A stretch of DNA of 62,957 bases, filler included, from Collodictyon triciliatum (lineage: Eukaryota): NCBI GenBank assembly GCA_043381765.1. It is 4 parts of 4 records of this genome, joined end to end, with 100 filler letters (N's around TTAATTAATTAA, not from the genome) between each part and the next. Parts side by side here need not be neighbours in the genome. Positions count along the whole stretch, not along the records: positions 16,664 to 45,743 come from JBHJMP010000968.1; positions 45,844 to 53,280 come from JBHJMP010000971.1; positions 53,381 to 62,957 come from JBHJMP010000979.1; 1 more part is not named here. One strand, 5' to 3'. The notes under the pieces were generated by a model. The model saw only the letters and a program-made list of their open reading frames with translations, did not search any database and was not told the origin of the DNA. The position numbers and the translations under genes are program-made. Positions 43,915-58,000 of this stretch are shown here, piece by piece (position 1 is the stretch's first letter; each line of letters begins with the position of its first letter).

Positions 43915-45039
43915 TCGTCTGTGCTGCTGGCGGTCTCCTTCGGTGGCGTTCCTTTCCCTCTCTTTCTCTGTGTGTAAGCGCGTGTGCTTTGGAGCGAGTG
44001 TTAGTGATCGTGCGCATGGCGGGCCGGGGCAGGATTCTCTCTATTGTATTTGGTCTGCCTCACGTCCACGCCACACAAGTAGCAGCACAACTTGGTGCTG
44101 TGATGTCGAGACATTGTCGCGCGTTATTGATAAGGTCGGGCTGAGCTTCTGCGTGACGTGCGGAATTTCATTTGCTTTGGACTTCCGAACGAGGCCTTAT
44201 GTATTATCGCGACAGGCCTCGCCGAATGATGGATAGACATGATTGTGAGAAGGTCGTTGGTTGGGTTGGTTTGATTCGGTACAAATATATATATTTTTTA
44301 GACTTGTGTGGTGGTTTTATCGAACTTACATGGAAATTATATATTTCTGTCTAATTCTAATGAAGGTTCAATTCAAAATCGATATCACAGGGAATCTTCA
44401 CTGAATAGTCCATCAAAGTTCTTCTATAAAGTCAAGAAAAGTTTTTATTAGCCCTCTCCCTTAAAGATGAAACTTGACGGCGCGCGTCTGTACTTGCTAC
44501 TTGGGGTTGTTATGCGACTACTTTGATGAGGCTTTTGCGTGCGGATGGTGAACACGTGCCATTCCCTTTGCTTGCTAGCCACGGCCTTAGCATTGGGCAC
44601 ACAGAAGCATCGCACCCCAAGAAGATGGGCTCTGCCTGGGTAAAGTCACTCTTCCCTGGATACAACATCATTACAAAGGTGTGCTCCCAAAAGTCTAGCC
44701 CTATCATCTAGGCTCATCGCCAGCCTCGATTTCAAGAGTTGTGGGAATACTAATTTCTTCCACCAGGCTGGCATCAAGAAATGCACGGCTATAATATTTT
44801 AATGAAGCTTATCTGCGCACAATGAGTGAAAAGAAAAATAAAGGCACCTTGCCAATCGATTGGATGTGCAGCTCCTAGTTTGTCTCTGGAAACTTTACAA
44901 CGCTTGAAATCACCTTCGATAATCGCAAGCTTTGAGGGCTTCTTCATATCGCCTTCTTTATCTAGGCTTTCATCGTTCTCTTTCCAGCGTTTTTAATTCA
45001 AAGCCCAACAAGCTAAATCGTTAAAAAAAAAAAAAAAAA

Positions 45040-45743
45040 AGCGAGATAGGTGCGCGTGTTAGAGAGCAAACGAGAGTAAGTATGAGAAGACACTACCACG
45101 GAGAGGCCAGCACTGGAAAGAAATCAGTGATGGCGAGTTGGTCAGGTGGGCGGCCCAACTGGTTGATTGGTTGCGTGGGAAGCAGGGGGTTGGATGTGCT
45201 GTGGGAGATATCGCACGACACATTCCCACATCTTTCTTTGCTTGCGGTCAGAGTAGCGAAGAATGCGAGCGTGTTTCAGCAGACTGTTCAAGAAGCTGTA
45301 TTGCACGAGGCTCTCAAGCCTGGCTACATTGATTTTTCGTTCGGGTGAATCATTGGAGCGAGAGAATGCGCGCACACTCCATAAGGACTACAGCATATGT
45401 CCCCTTGTGACTGTCCAGAGTATTCTAGAGTCGTGGGTCATTTGGTATTGTGGGCCAAACATGATGTCAGACACGCTGAGACGGCTGGGAGCATAATCAA
45501 GCTCAGAGAGCATCTTGTGGGTAGACTCTGTCACTTTTTGAGCAAGGGAGCACTTCACAAATGTGTGTTGGATAGAGTCATCTCCACTACAGCACACGGT
45601 GCATTCTGGAGAGGTAGTTGCTGCATGGACTACACGCGCACTTTTCCACAGCTCTCTGTTGGAGATATTGAGAAGTAGGGCGCGGTGTTTCGGGAGTAGC
45701 TGAGGTATACGGGCTTGCTTCCAGCTTTTGACTATCGGCGGGT
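45040..45743 (-). mobile_element. 3' fragment of an L1/Tx1-like non-LTR retrotransposon ORF2 (zf-RVT), inactivated and cut by the contig end
   Basis: CTVCCSGDDSIQHTFVKCSLAQKV (CxxC..HxFxxC) followed by ILW..(stop)SLW; contains an in-frame stop and a frame change. Confidence 0.65.
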
Positions 45744-45843
45744 NNNNNNNNNNNNNNNNNNNNNNNNNNNNNNNNNNNNNNNNNNNNTTAATTAATTAAN
45801 NNNNNNNNNNNNNNNNNNNNNNNNNNNNNNNNNNNNNNNNNNN
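45744..45843. other. Artificial contig-join linker
   Basis: N-TTAATTAATTAA-N spacer. Confidence 0.97.
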
Positions 45844-45853
45844 CACACACACA

Positions 45854-45928
<75 letters not shown>
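45844..45928. repeat. (CA)n microsatellite at the contig edge
   Basis: Directly visible. Confidence 0.95.
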
Positions 45929-45930
<2 letters not shown>

Positions 45931-47370
45931 ACAGTGATATTGTCGATGGACTCTTGAATAAGGGATAAGCTTTCAAACAATGAGGCCAGATGCTTCAGAT
46001 TTGCGCCTTTGGTTTCGAGATCATCCAGTTTCTTGCTGACTTGGTCCATCTCGATGTAGGCTGCTGCCTCTCCAATTGAAGATTTGAACATAGTGCTACT
46101 CTTAAATTTTGTTTCAAACTCCTTGACCTATGAAGATTGTTATGGTTTAAGTTTACAGTTTGAATAATTCAGTAAACAACGTTCTTTGAATACGCACATT
46201 GAATCAACATCTTGGGGTGAGTAAAGGATTGGTTCCGAATTACTGAAGTGAAATGATTGAAACGTTACGATGGTATTGAATGCTCCAATATCTTCCCGGA
46301 TATCCTGCTTTGCTTTTTCTTGGGATGGCCGCATGTTTTTGACCGCCTCGACGGCTTTTCTCTTCACCCCAGCCCAACTCTAATTATTTCGTCGAGAATT
46401 GTAAGAACGGATTCCAGAGACACTCATTTGAAATACCAAGAGTGCAAAAGGCATTAGATAACCGTGATATTACAATATCTGATGATGTAATATGTATATG
46501 GGATGCTTTACCTTTCCTAGCTCCGTTATTTCTTCCCCTACTTTACCCATATTTTCTTCTCCATGCGCCTCCATAAAGGTTACTATTAAGGATTTACCAA
46601 GAAAAATTTAAACAAATAAGAACCCCTATTCATCCTTGTGGCAACATGTGAATATATCGAAAGCAATTACAAATGAGTCCAAAATATTCTTGAATGAGTA
46701 CCAGATTCACGGAGACTTGCTAATCCCACTTCGACTTTCTCTTTCACCCTACGAGCCTCATCGATGAGACCTAGGCAAATTTTAATGACGGATTACTGTT
46801 TCTCTGTTTCGTCATTATTAAAATATATATTTGTCAGCTCAACAACTGAGTAACATGCAAATAGTGATAGAATTAATACCCATTTTCCTAAGAAGTGTAT
46901 TAAGATCATCAGATCGGCTTTGTGGGTCAAGCTGTTTGTCGATTTCTTGAATTTTTTGCTTGATGAAGGCAACTTTGGCTGGTACTGTAGTCCGCATTAT
47001 CGGGATGAATGAAGCCTATCGCAATCGAGATTAGTGTGGAAGTGTGGTATTGAGATATCATAAAAGCGATGCAGATATGTTAATTTCACATATAACACAG
47101 TTTGGTTTTCATGTGGTATTGTGTGAATCAGATATGTGTATAGACTTGCTTTGATGAAATGGTAGGGGTAAAGGGGGATGGAGAATCAAAACAAATAGCT
47201 TACCACAGGCGATTCTCCTGATTGTTTTGAGGCTAGATTGTCCTTGTCTACGACAGCTAAGTAATCAACAGTGTATTAGCGTATTGGGCTTCTAGCTGGC
47301 TTTTGTGAAAAACATTAACAAAAACATATAGCCTCAACATGGAGACTCAGGAAGAAAATGGCTATTTTTT

Positions 47371-47411
<41 letters not shown>

Positions 47412-50400
47412 AAAGGCACCATTAATAGCATAAGGGCTTCCTCTGATAGGATTTCCGTCAAGAAGAATATTGACAAGGAATTTTCCAGTTGCCTTGGGTG
47501 TATAAGATATCACGTATGTGCCATTTAACATGTCTGTAAACTATATGTCAGCGAAGTCAATGGTTAGAAGTTAGAGACCATTGCATGATTATGAAAGGGG
47601 GGGGGGGGGGGGGGGGGAACGAGATAATCTTGATGAGTCATGTGATGGTGCTGGACAAGCTGAATATAAAAATGAATGACTTCAAGAAACACGATTATTA
47701 TGGTCTGGGAAATATGGAAATCAAGATTACTTGTGTCACAGCCGCCTCTAAACCCATTATTTCAATTTTGAAAGGGTCACCTCCAGACCGACGACTAGCG
47801 CCAGTGTAATCCTTCGCAAATATCACAATGGAGACAGGTATTCCGACCACGACTTCGTCCAGCAGGCCAGGGCCGTATGCAAGACAGTTGGAAGCTTTTG
47901 TATCCACTAAAAAAAAAAATTATGAAATAATATAATATGGTTAGGATTTAACCCTGAATCGAATGAAAGGAAAAAATAATATGATTAGGATTGATTCGAT
48001 AAGAATCTGCGATGCTTCATAGGGCTCCCAGGATTTTAAGGTTGTTATCATCAAAGGACCATGCGAGAGAAATATATGTGAAAACTTACGAAACAGTATG
48101 TATTTGCGTCGGCTGACTGAATATCTGCCGCCACCAAGGGAGATTCGAACAAAGAGAGATGCTTCCCTGGAAAACTGATGAAAGGACGGAGTAGTGATGG
48201 ATAGCTCGTAGCTAGAAACCACCTTTCCCGTAGTGCTGACGGAATGATTTCCGTCAGTGAAGCGGACCTAATGAAAAAAGAATTAGATTTTCTTAGGCAT
48301 ATAAATGTATTTTGAAGCGGAAATAAGTATACCGCACTGTATAACAAAATGAATTGATTGACTTCGAAAGTCAAGAAAAGAATGAGCCCGTGTGGCAATA
48401 TCAGCGCCACTCACTTTTGCTTCCTCAAACCAAATAATGTGATAAGGTATCTTTTCAAGAAACAAACCTCGATTTCGTTTGTAGTGATGAATCCTTCTCC
48501 GTGAACTTTGACTGCAGCGTTACCAAACTGCGGCCCCAGTGCAGGGTCAATCTTGGATATGTCTATTCATGAGCATAAGAAGATTTTTGAGTTTCAAAAG
48601 CATCATTTCCGAACGCATTTAACGAATGGAGCAATTAAGTCCCAAAATTTGAGGACATACGATACGTAGGCCCTACGATGTCGCCTATAGGACAAAATAA
48701 ATAAATGAGTGAATAATAGGCCTATGTACACAGGGGTATCATTTATATATAAAAAGCAATTCAAATATAAATTTTGATTGTCGTTCGCCCGAGGAAAGAG
48801 GTAAAAAATTCAACTCAAATCTTTGATTCGAATAAAGTGGGGGGAAATTCAATTCGGATATATATATCATGTTCGCTAGATAGCTTGGCCACGGAATGGT
48901 ATGAGTTTTTAATTAGTCCAAACCTATGTCCATGCAGTATAAGTCGTTCAGGAACTGGTTCCCCCATCCTCCGAAGAGAATAAGAGATGTTTTGCCCTCG
49001 TCATAGACTAGCCCACATTGTGACCTTCGAAGCGGAGTATCACCTTCGATTTCGATCTTGGACCACGACATGATATCTATAAAATTTCCCATGAACATGA
49101 TGAGAGAGCAAGGAAGAGATACCAATTACAATACTGGGCAGACGTCTTTGCGAATTTATTACTTGTATTGAAAATGGTGCGATGAATTGATTAGAATGGA
49201 ACTAACCAGTATCAAAGCAAAATATGTCATTTGAGAATTTGGTGGTGGACTGAGTTTGTCCACCGAATAAGAAAATCTTTGAGAATCCTCCACTTGGGGT
49301 GACTACGCAGGCTGACATGGCAAGGTATTCGGGGAGATGATAGTTTTCTTCAACTGTCTGCCAATGAAGCTTGTCTGTGATTTGGATAATTAGTCGGAAT
49401 AAACATGAAAAGAAAGCATATCTTCTATTCGCCGTGTTTGGGAGGATATAAGGTAAGGATGCGCCAAAAGGATGGCAAATATGGGAAGCATTAATAACAT
49501 ATTCGACTAGAAAGCAAACATAGGTCGAGGACGGCAACTGTTCTCATGACTGTATAATTATTTGTAATTCCTCCAATAATAAAGAGCTGATGTCCTATAA
49601 GAACGGCGGAATGGCCAAAGCGGGCTCCCGGAGAATTTCCTGAGCAAGGCGGTCGGGTCCATTCCGATGTTTCTGGGGAGGTGTTCAATGAGGGGGATGA
49701 GTTTTGTAAAGTTAGAGTATAATCAAGAACGTGAGATAAGGAGAAAACTTAAGTAGTTCGGCTCCATCTGGGGATGGTCTGTGATGATGATGATGATGAT
49801 GGAGACCATTTTTATCGTATTGTATGGAAGTAGTAAGAGTTCTTACCGAAATCAAATATCCACAAATCGTCGTACGGTGTCGTGTTCTGAGCATATCCAC
49901 CAAAGACGTAGAGTTTGCGCTTGAAAAGAGTAGCAGAGTGACGTGCTCTGGGTGGTGGTACTTGCTCTTTAATTTCAGGCACAATCCAAGTCGACGTCTC
50001 TGGTGATAGTTATATAATTGCGCGCCAAAAGTGAGGAATGAGTTATATTAACCATCGCAAACAAGTTGAAACTGGTAGATTTCATATTGGTTTTGACCAC
50101 TTTGTAACTTCAAGTATGGGTGAATCTTAATTGTCGTACCAGTATCACAAATGAAGATATCACTCCAGACATAAAGTCTTTGTTTGCATATTTGCCCGCC
50201 AAATATAACAAGTTTGGATGAGTCAAGAATGGTGGCGCTGTGGCAGCACCGTTTCGACGGGGCTTCTCCTTTCATCGGAAACTCTTTCCATGAGAATGTC
50301 ACTACGGACGCAAGAAAAATTAAATTAAATTAAACGAGACATATAATATGGAGCTGTAATGACAGTAGGTAGAGGACACTATTATCAAAAAAAAAAATCT

Positions 50401-51034
50401 ATTTTAAAGAAAAAGAAACACGGATATAGTAGAATTGTTTCTAGATGGTTTATCAATGGATTTTTTTTATTCATCCTTTCAATTAAGTGCAACAGTTTAT
50501 CGAAGGATAACAAAAGGTAACTAGTATAAATAAGACCTTGAAATAGTAAGATGAAAAATACGCTGTCCATAGAAAGTATGACTGATAAGGGTATTGTTTG
50601 CACAACGAACCTGGATCGAGCGTGAAGACGTCATTGTGATAGCCTTCATTCGAGCAGCCTCCAAAGAGAACAAACTTGCCGTTGGGCATCGCAGTGAAGG
50701 ATATCCCCAGGCGTCGAGACGGGCCGTTCGGTGGAGGCGCAGGAGAGACGCCAGAACGGAGTGTTTGAGTTAGCGAATTCGCTGTTGCGCGGTTTTCGTC
50801 ACTCTTTGTTAGTTGGACCCACTTCATCTTGGGAGCCCATCCCATGTCCTGCAGATCGAGCTTCCTGCGGTCATTTGCGATTAATTGACAATAAATCGAT
50901 ATGGAAGCAGACTTTGCTATGGTTTCGAAACGACAAGATTTGATCTGTAGTAGAGTAACAAACTTGGCAGGTGGCAATGGTGGTGGTTGGTTAGGGTCCT
51001 TTGCATCCTTCCCTCCTCGTGGACCGTGGGACAT
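45931..51034 (-). CDS. 5' part of a kelch-type flagellar outer-arm dynein heavy chain (Chlamydomonas alpha-HC/ODA11-like): kelch, IPT, filamin repeat, helical tail; motor domain lies beyond the contig end
   Basis: Kelch repeats ending SLILFGGWGNQFLNDL..IVGP; IDPALGPQFG; ITTPSF..VRISLGG; TKASNCLAYGPGLL..AKDYTGASRRSGGDPFK; NGTYVISYTP..PIRGSPY. Order and motifs parallel the alpha-HC N-terminus as I recall it. Confidence 0.78.
47932..47992 (+). mobile_element. Short retroposed insert (27 bp) with 17-bp TSD (1 mismatch)
   Basis: ATAATATG(G/A)TTAGGATT at 47932-47948 and 47976-47992 flanking TAACCCTGAATCGAATGAAAGGAAAAA. Confidence 0.72.
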
Positions 51035-51496
51035 CCTTCAACGCTTTTGGTTATTGAGAAAGTCCTGCGATGAAACATGGTATCAATGAGCGCGGTGTTG
51101 AAAAAATAGTTGCGTTGCAGAGATGTAAAGGAGGTCATGATTACCGGTGGATATATTGATTTCAACAAAAACAATAACAATAACAATAAACAGACATTTT
51201 TGAGCAGTTGATCAGAGGAAACTACTTTATTTCCACACAAAGTATCGGGACTGTTTATGGCATACTTATACATAACTAAAGAACTGCCGGTATACTTACG
51301 AGAAGAGATGATCCTTTGCCTCAAGGAAGAACGATGTAGTGATCGGTTGACTTTAGTGTTTGTGTGCTATCCAAATCGATCAGGCTCTGCTTCTTGTCTA
51401 TGATACGCAGTTTCGTTTGGATAGATGGTGGATGCAATGAAATTAGCAGTTCGAATCAAAGAGGTAAAGAAATGGTTGGATGAGTGGTTCGTAACA

Positions 51497-51604
51497 ACAA
51501 CAAAACAAAACAAAACAAAACAAAACAAAACAAAACAAAACAAAACAAAACAAAACAAAACAAAACAAAACAAAACAAAACAAAACAAAACAAAACAAAA
51601 CAAA
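51497..51604. repeat. (CAAAA)n microsatellite
   Basis: Directly visible. Confidence 0.95.
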
Positions 51605-51921
51605 GAAATAGACATTCTAAGAGCTTCAAGGTCGACTTCTGGACCAAGAAAAATATGGAAGGGTTTGAAACTCACTTATTAGATTTTTGATGCTTTTCTT
51701 CGTCTGTCTTGAGCAGGGATGGAAAAGAATCAATCCAAGAGAGTCCTGCTTTGCGGTGCGGTTTCTAGTTAGAACATACAGTAAGTCAGTTCGAGAATCT
51801 CTGAGCAGTTCTCTGTCAGAAGAAATGTATATAAAGGGGGGTTATGCAGTTCCGCAATACAGACCCAAATACTGCAAACAGTCTCTCTCTCTCTCCCTCT
51901 CTCCCAAAATGCAAGAGTACC

Positions 51922-51974
51922 AACATTTTCAAGAAACTCTTTGAATCGAATAAAGGAAAACATTTTCAAGAAAC
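51922..51974 (+). mobile_element. Shortest (21 bp) retroposed insert with 16-bp TSD
   Basis: AACATTTTCAAGAAAC at 51922-51937 and 51959-51974 flanking TCTTTGAATCGAATAAAGGAA. Confidence 0.82.
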
Positions 51975-52921
51975 AAATTGAGCCAAATGAATGGGGGAAT
52001 TCAGTCGGTTTCAACAAACTTCATAAAACAAAGAAAAGATGTCACAGAAGAAAAGAAAAAAACCATAAAAGCGATCAAAAAGTTTTGTGTTTTTTTTTCA
52101 GGTTTTTTTTCTGACTTTAACTAAACCCCACGCAAAAGGCACAAAGACGCTGCCTCCCACCAACCCACAACAAGACGACAACAAGACAGCCATTTTATCG
52201 ACCGCTTCCGCGAGAAACATAAGGCCGCTCACTCAGGCTCTCATTTCGGCCACATGCAATAATGCCCAAACGAATCAGTTTCCTTCAGCGCGACTCACTC
52301 GGGCTCCTGTCCTCACTCGGGCGAAAAGGATCAAAAGAATCCCAGCCAGATTTGATTACTTGCGTGATGCGCGAAGCTGCTGTGATTTCCTTCAAGGCCG
52401 TAACCGTCATGTAACGGAATCGCGCGGCCTTCTTGGCTTTCAAACAGTTTGAATCAGGCCAAAAATTCGATGAATGAACCTTATTCTGTAAAAATCTATT
52501 GAAATATATTCGACACAATTTATACAAACAAGTTAAGATGGAAATTTGCATATGCGGAATTTAAATATTATGAGCCGAATGAATTTATTCTATTCATACA
52601 CTGTCCTGCGAAAGTACTTCACAGTGCATTCATATACAAATCTCATCTCTTTGAACTATCACACAGCACATTGATAAGAGTATTGGCACCAAAGATTCGT
52701 TATTGCATCACAATATGCTTTCGCACCCAGCACTCGCTCCCACGTTTCTGCCCTTCGATCGCCCGCCCAGCCAGACAGTATCCGCCTTTTTCCTGCCGGA
52801 CTTCAAACCCGCGAGGCAGACTTTCCCTTTTCTCTCTTCTCTGGCCGCGCGGCCGAAAGGAAGCAACAAGAAGCAAGACAAAGCAGCAAGAAACTCAGAC
52901 CTTCTCCGCCTCAGCCACTCC

Positions 52922-53101
52922 ATGGCCGACAGTGGGCGATACTACTACGCAAGTGCGGCCCCCTCTGCAAATCAGGGTTCAAGCAGCGTCCTCCTGACAG
53001 GCAGCGCGTCCGCCATTCCCGCGGCCCCGTATGCTTCAGCGTCAAACCTCTCTACGCCGCGCATGTCTCAGCCTGCTTATGCGGCATATCAATCGGGGCA
53101 G
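52922..53101 (+). CDS. Probable first exon of an unknown gene (Ala/Ser/Tyr-rich), truncated by the contig end
   Basis: MADSGRYYYASAAPSANQG..YQSGQ followed by a CAG|GTTTGA donor; GC-rich like other first exons here. Confidence 0.45.
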
Positions 53102-53113
53102 GTTTGAGCCAGG

Positions 53114-53240
53114 GAACAAAGAAACAAAGAAACAAAGAAACAAAGAAACAAAGAAACAAAGAAACAAAGAAACAAAGAAACAAAGAAACAAAGAAACAAA
53201 GAAACAAAGAAACAAAGAAACAAAGAAACAAAGAAACGAA
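53114..53240. repeat. (GAAACAAA)n octamer repeat
   Basis: Directly visible. Confidence 0.95.
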
Positions 53241-53280
53241 GAAGCAAAGAAAAACAAAAAAGAAAAGAAAAGAAAAAGAA

Positions 53281-53380
53281 NNNNNNNNNNNNNNNNNNNN
53301 NNNNNNNNNNNNNNNNNNNNNNNNTTAATTAATTAANNNNNNNNNNNNNNNNNNNNNNNNNNNNNNNNNNNNNNNNNNNN
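53281..53380. other. Artificial contig-join linker
   Basis: N-TTAATTAATTAA-N spacer. Confidence 0.97.
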
Positions 53381-53538
53381 CAATAAACCGGATTCCATCT
53401 CGCTTTCGTTCAAATTCACCAATATCATACAGATAGAGGGCGAGAAGAAAAAAGGAGGTGAAGAAAAATAAAAAAGTAGCAAATGCCACATGATATGAGC
53501 TCCATGAACTATTTGTCAAATAATGATGACTGCTGTTA

Positions 53539-53644
53539 GTTTTGTTTTGTTTTGNNNNGTTTTGTTTTGTTTTGTTTTGTTTTGTTTTGTTTTGTTTTGT
53601 TTTGTTTTGTTTTGTTTTGTTTTGTTTTGTTTTGTTTTGTTTTG
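53539..53644. repeat. (TTTTG)n microsatellite
   Basis: Directly visible. Confidence 0.95.
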
Positions 53645-55013
53645 AGGGGGCAAGGGTGATGGCGATTATCAAATTCTGGTTGCCATGTAGACCGTGTGAT
53701 TCTTATCCCCGAATACTCTTTGAAACAACCCAAGGGTGCCTCCAACTCACAGACCAACGCACACGCAATTCGCCTCTTTTTAAGCACTCTCGACCATTTC
53801 GGAGGCTGGCTATTTATACATCCGACCAGTCCTTTGCTTCGTTTTTGTGGCTTGAACGTCCGTTACGTCGAAAGTCGGATAATCCGGATTGGGACAAATG
53901 CAGGACAGAAAAAGGTGTATGTGGCTCGCAAAGGAGTTACAGACCAGATACCTATATAAATTATACAATTATATACAAATAATGATAATTAGCTTGTAAA
54001 TAGTTTAATATAGCTCTTTATATCATAATTTAAATATTTTTATATAATTTCCATAAATATAAAGTAAATGCGGATTTTACCATCAGATATATAATTGCTT
54101 TGATAATAAACTATGTTGATCATTGTATACTAAAACTAGGTATTAAAAATATTTATATATATATATTATAGTTATTATCGAAAGTATCAAAGTTCTGGCG
54201 GGTTTGTCTTAATCAAATATATGTATTGAATATTCCTTGGGTTTACCATAAATGGGCTGTGTTTTGCACAATCTGTCATCGCAAACCAAAAAGCCATTTA
54301 AATACCCGCCTGGTTAATCCCATTTCCCACTGGCAAAGCGGTTCGCAGGAATCAAAACCAAGACTAAAAGCAGAAAAAAAAAAAAAGTTGAATAATGAAC
54401 CAAGTAATACCAACGCGCCCGATGGCCAAAGAGCACTTTCGACAGTAACTTGAAGGGTGAATCAGATGTTCAAGTGACATAAACCTTCAATATGTTGTCA
54501 TTTCCTCTTCTCTGCTCTTTCCTCTCGTGTTGCAAGAAATGTGCCCATACACACCAGTACAACTTGAGCTCTCACCACACAGACACAATAGTCTTTGATT
54601 CATTTAGTTTTATACTGTTTTCCTGAATCTCTTATTTTTCTTTCTCATTTTATTCTTATTTTTATTTGTTCCTTTTTTATTTTTATTCAAATAAATGTGC
54701 ACAAACTCTTGGGACCCACCCACCGCATTAACATGGTGCCGGTTTTTACCACCTCATTACTCGTCTTCATTTGCAGCCACTTGTTCAAGAAAATGAAAAA
54801 AAAAAATCAACAAAAACAAAAGTTCTCAAACATATTAGAGACTCTTTGCTACCTATTCGTGCGTTATTTCCAAGAAAGAGATCAAGAAAATAAATAAAGC
54901 AAAAGCAAAAGAAAGAACTTAAAATCAGAATAAAAAATGTCCAAAAAATAAGAAGCAAAAACCACATATCTTTCTGAAGGCAGTTTCCGCTCACAAATCA
55001 TAGGGACTTCAAC

Positions 55014-58000
55014 ATGGCCTGGACTTCTAACCGAGTTTCCACTGCACGCCGCTGGGGCGCAAGCTGTTCTGTCGCAGAGAACACAAAAGCTTTTCTGTTT
55101 GGGGGTGTTGATGACAGTGACAGTGCTACAAACGATCTTCAAGCCTTGGAGACAAGTGAATTTGCAAAACTTCTAAATCAATNNNNNNNNNNNNNNNNNN
55201 NNNNNNNNNNNNNNNNNNNNNNNNNNNNNNNNNNNNNNNNNNNNNNNNNNNNNNNNNNNNNNNNNNNNNNNNNNNNNNNNNNNNNNNNNNNNNNNNNNNN
55301 NNNNNNNNNNNNNNNNNNNNNNNNNNNNNNNNNNNNNNNNNNNNNNNNNNNNNNNNNNNNNNNNNNNNNNNNNNNNNNNNNNNNNNNNNNNNNNNNNNNN
55401 NNNNNNNNNNNNNNNNNNNNNNNNNNNNNNNNNNNNNNNNNNNNNNNNNNNNNNNNNNNNNNNNNNNNNNNNNNNNNNNNNNNNNNNNNNNNNNNNNNNN
55501 NNNNNNNNNNNNNNNNNNNNNNNNNNNNNNNNNNNNNNNNNNNNNNNNNNNNNNNNNNNNNNNNNNNNNNNNNNNNNNNNNNNNNNNNNNNNNNNNNNNN
55601 NNNNNNNNNNNNNNNNNNNNNNNNNNNNNNNNNNNNNNNNNNNNNNNNNNNNNNNNNNNNNNNNNNNNNNNNNNNNNNNNNNNNNNNNNNNNNNNNNNNN
55701 NNNNNNNNNNNNNNNNNNNNNNNNNNNNNNNNNNNNNNNNNNNNNNNNNNNNNNNNNNNNNNNNNNNNNNNNNNNNNNNNNNNNNNNNNNNAGCTGGACT
55801 GATGGGGTCTTCCATTGTGAAAACTGCGGGAACTCCTCCGCCTCCCCGCTTCGGTCACACCAGTGAAGTTGCACAGGGAAAGATGGTTATCTATGGTGGC
55901 CAGACGAAGGTTAAGATGAATTCCATGCTGAGCCAACCATGCCTGACGTTTTAATACCTTCGAATCTTTCTTCACCAGCCCCGGTCTTAATACCTAGCTG
56001 AGAAATCAAACGATAATTTCTTTTAGGATGATTAAGATTCTCTCTTTATGTTTGAACTAACCACCAAATTATTTAGGACACTTATTCTGGTGAAACATTC
56101 TTTCTCAACATATCTACCAAAGCGTGGAGTAAACCCCGTATTTCTGGGACTGAGCCACAACCTCGCTCGAAGTATGGTACTATTTAGAATGCAATCACAA
56201 GGATGGCCTCGTTTCTTCTTATTTTATTAATAACAATAACAATAATAATTGATATTCCGAAACGGAATATTGGTCTTAGATACTATTCTCTTTTAAGAAT
56301 ATGAATATATTTTTCAATTCAGGTTTCTTTGTACACTTCCCCAATATATACTCCCCTATACCATTCTATACTTGACCAAGAATCAATCATTGTATTCTCT
56401 TAACTCATGTCATATCTAGTTCTAATTCAAAATTTTTAGGCATTCTGCATCTACAATCCCTGGAACACATACTATCGTCATATTTGGTGGAGAATACTTT
56501 ACAAAGTACCACAATGATGTGGCCAAACTTGATGCTAGTACGTCATTGCACCTATACATAATCCAGTCTCCCCAGTTATCTATGAACTTTATCTTCTATG
56601 TCCTTTTATTTGAGTGTCATTAATACAAAACCTTGAATCAGAGTTTTATCATAAACATCATTTTAATTGAGTATATGTATTAATTACAATTATGCAATTT
56701 TCCTTTTCTTTCTCCCATGTATATCAGGGTCTGTCTATTTCACATGTGCTTATAATTCAATAATTTTTTTATCATAAAATCATCAGCTGATTTTCAAAAT
56801 TGAACAAACAACAGATACACCAAAGTGGATTCCAGTAGAGGTCAAAGGAACCATCCCAGCTCCGCGCTGTGGACACACAGCCGTGTTTTCTGCTGATAAA
56901 CAACTCTATGTCTATGGAGGCCGTGATGCGTCTGAATTCTTCGGAGACCTGTTTACTTTTAACCCTGGTTTGTTCAAGTTCCCTTTTTGAACATCATCTC
57001 CAGATAAGCGTTTCGTATTTTATCGTTTTCAAATTATCTCAGAATTTCAGAATTTTATTTCAATAATTGATAAAAAAGACAAAAAAAGACAAAAAAAGAC
57101 AAAAAAAGACAAAAAAAGACAAAAAAGAAAAAGAGGGAGAGAAAGAAAAGAAAATGAGGTGCTTGCCGTCCCTCTGCATTGGCCTTTTCCCTTTACTTTC
57201 TTCTCTTCTCATACTGTGTATAATCATTAGGGTCTGTATCTTGCATTCACTCTTACTACGACAATAGATACGGACACATGGGCCCAACTGCAGACATCCG
57301 GAAGTGCTCCTCCCGCACTGGCAGGTCACTCGGCTGTTTTTTATGACCGAAAAATGTTTGTGTTTGGAGGTGAAAACAAGGATGGATACAACAGCAGCCT
57401 ATACGTCCTTGACCCTTGTAAGTCTCTGTCACACGCAAAAATCTTTTCCCAATCCACCATCTTCATATATGCCTCTCACCCACCATTTTATTTCTTTTTT
57501 TTTTTCATATACGATCATACTGCATAGCTTCTCTGGTCTGGTCTGAATGGCAAATATCTGGTGCGGCTCCCGCTGCTCGTGCCTGGTTTGGTGGGTGCGT
57601 TATCGGTGTTCGTTTCCACATTCTTGGAGGCAATGGTGAAGGCAAATTCGGAGACCATTCGATCGACCTGGGTAAGACCTCTGCCATTCTTCTACGCCAT
57701 ATACATACATCCATGTAGCTTATGTATTTAAGGGAACCCATGTTTATGGTGTTGCAGTCAAAGCTGCCAACGAGATCGACCTGAAGCCCATCCAAGGGAG
57801 TGGAGTCACAACCCGTCCACCCTCCATCTCAGCGGGAACTGCAGCGAAGATTATGGCGCAAGGTGCATCAACCCCAAAGGACGAGGCCAAGGGTGGCTTC
57901 AGTGCAGCCATCGCCCAAGCGTCTGGGATATCAGAGAAAGAAGGAGAGCTTGCGAAGGAAGTTGATGTGTTGAAGGCCGAACTGAAAAGACTCACAGAAA

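Noticed and set aside
51070-51950. Possible small plus-strand spliced gene divergent from the dynein gene
   Set aside because: Could not assemble a coherent frame or identify a domain.
53640-53982. Overlapping ORFs next to the (TTTTG)n repeat
   Set aside because: No recognisable homology; frame and strand ambiguous.
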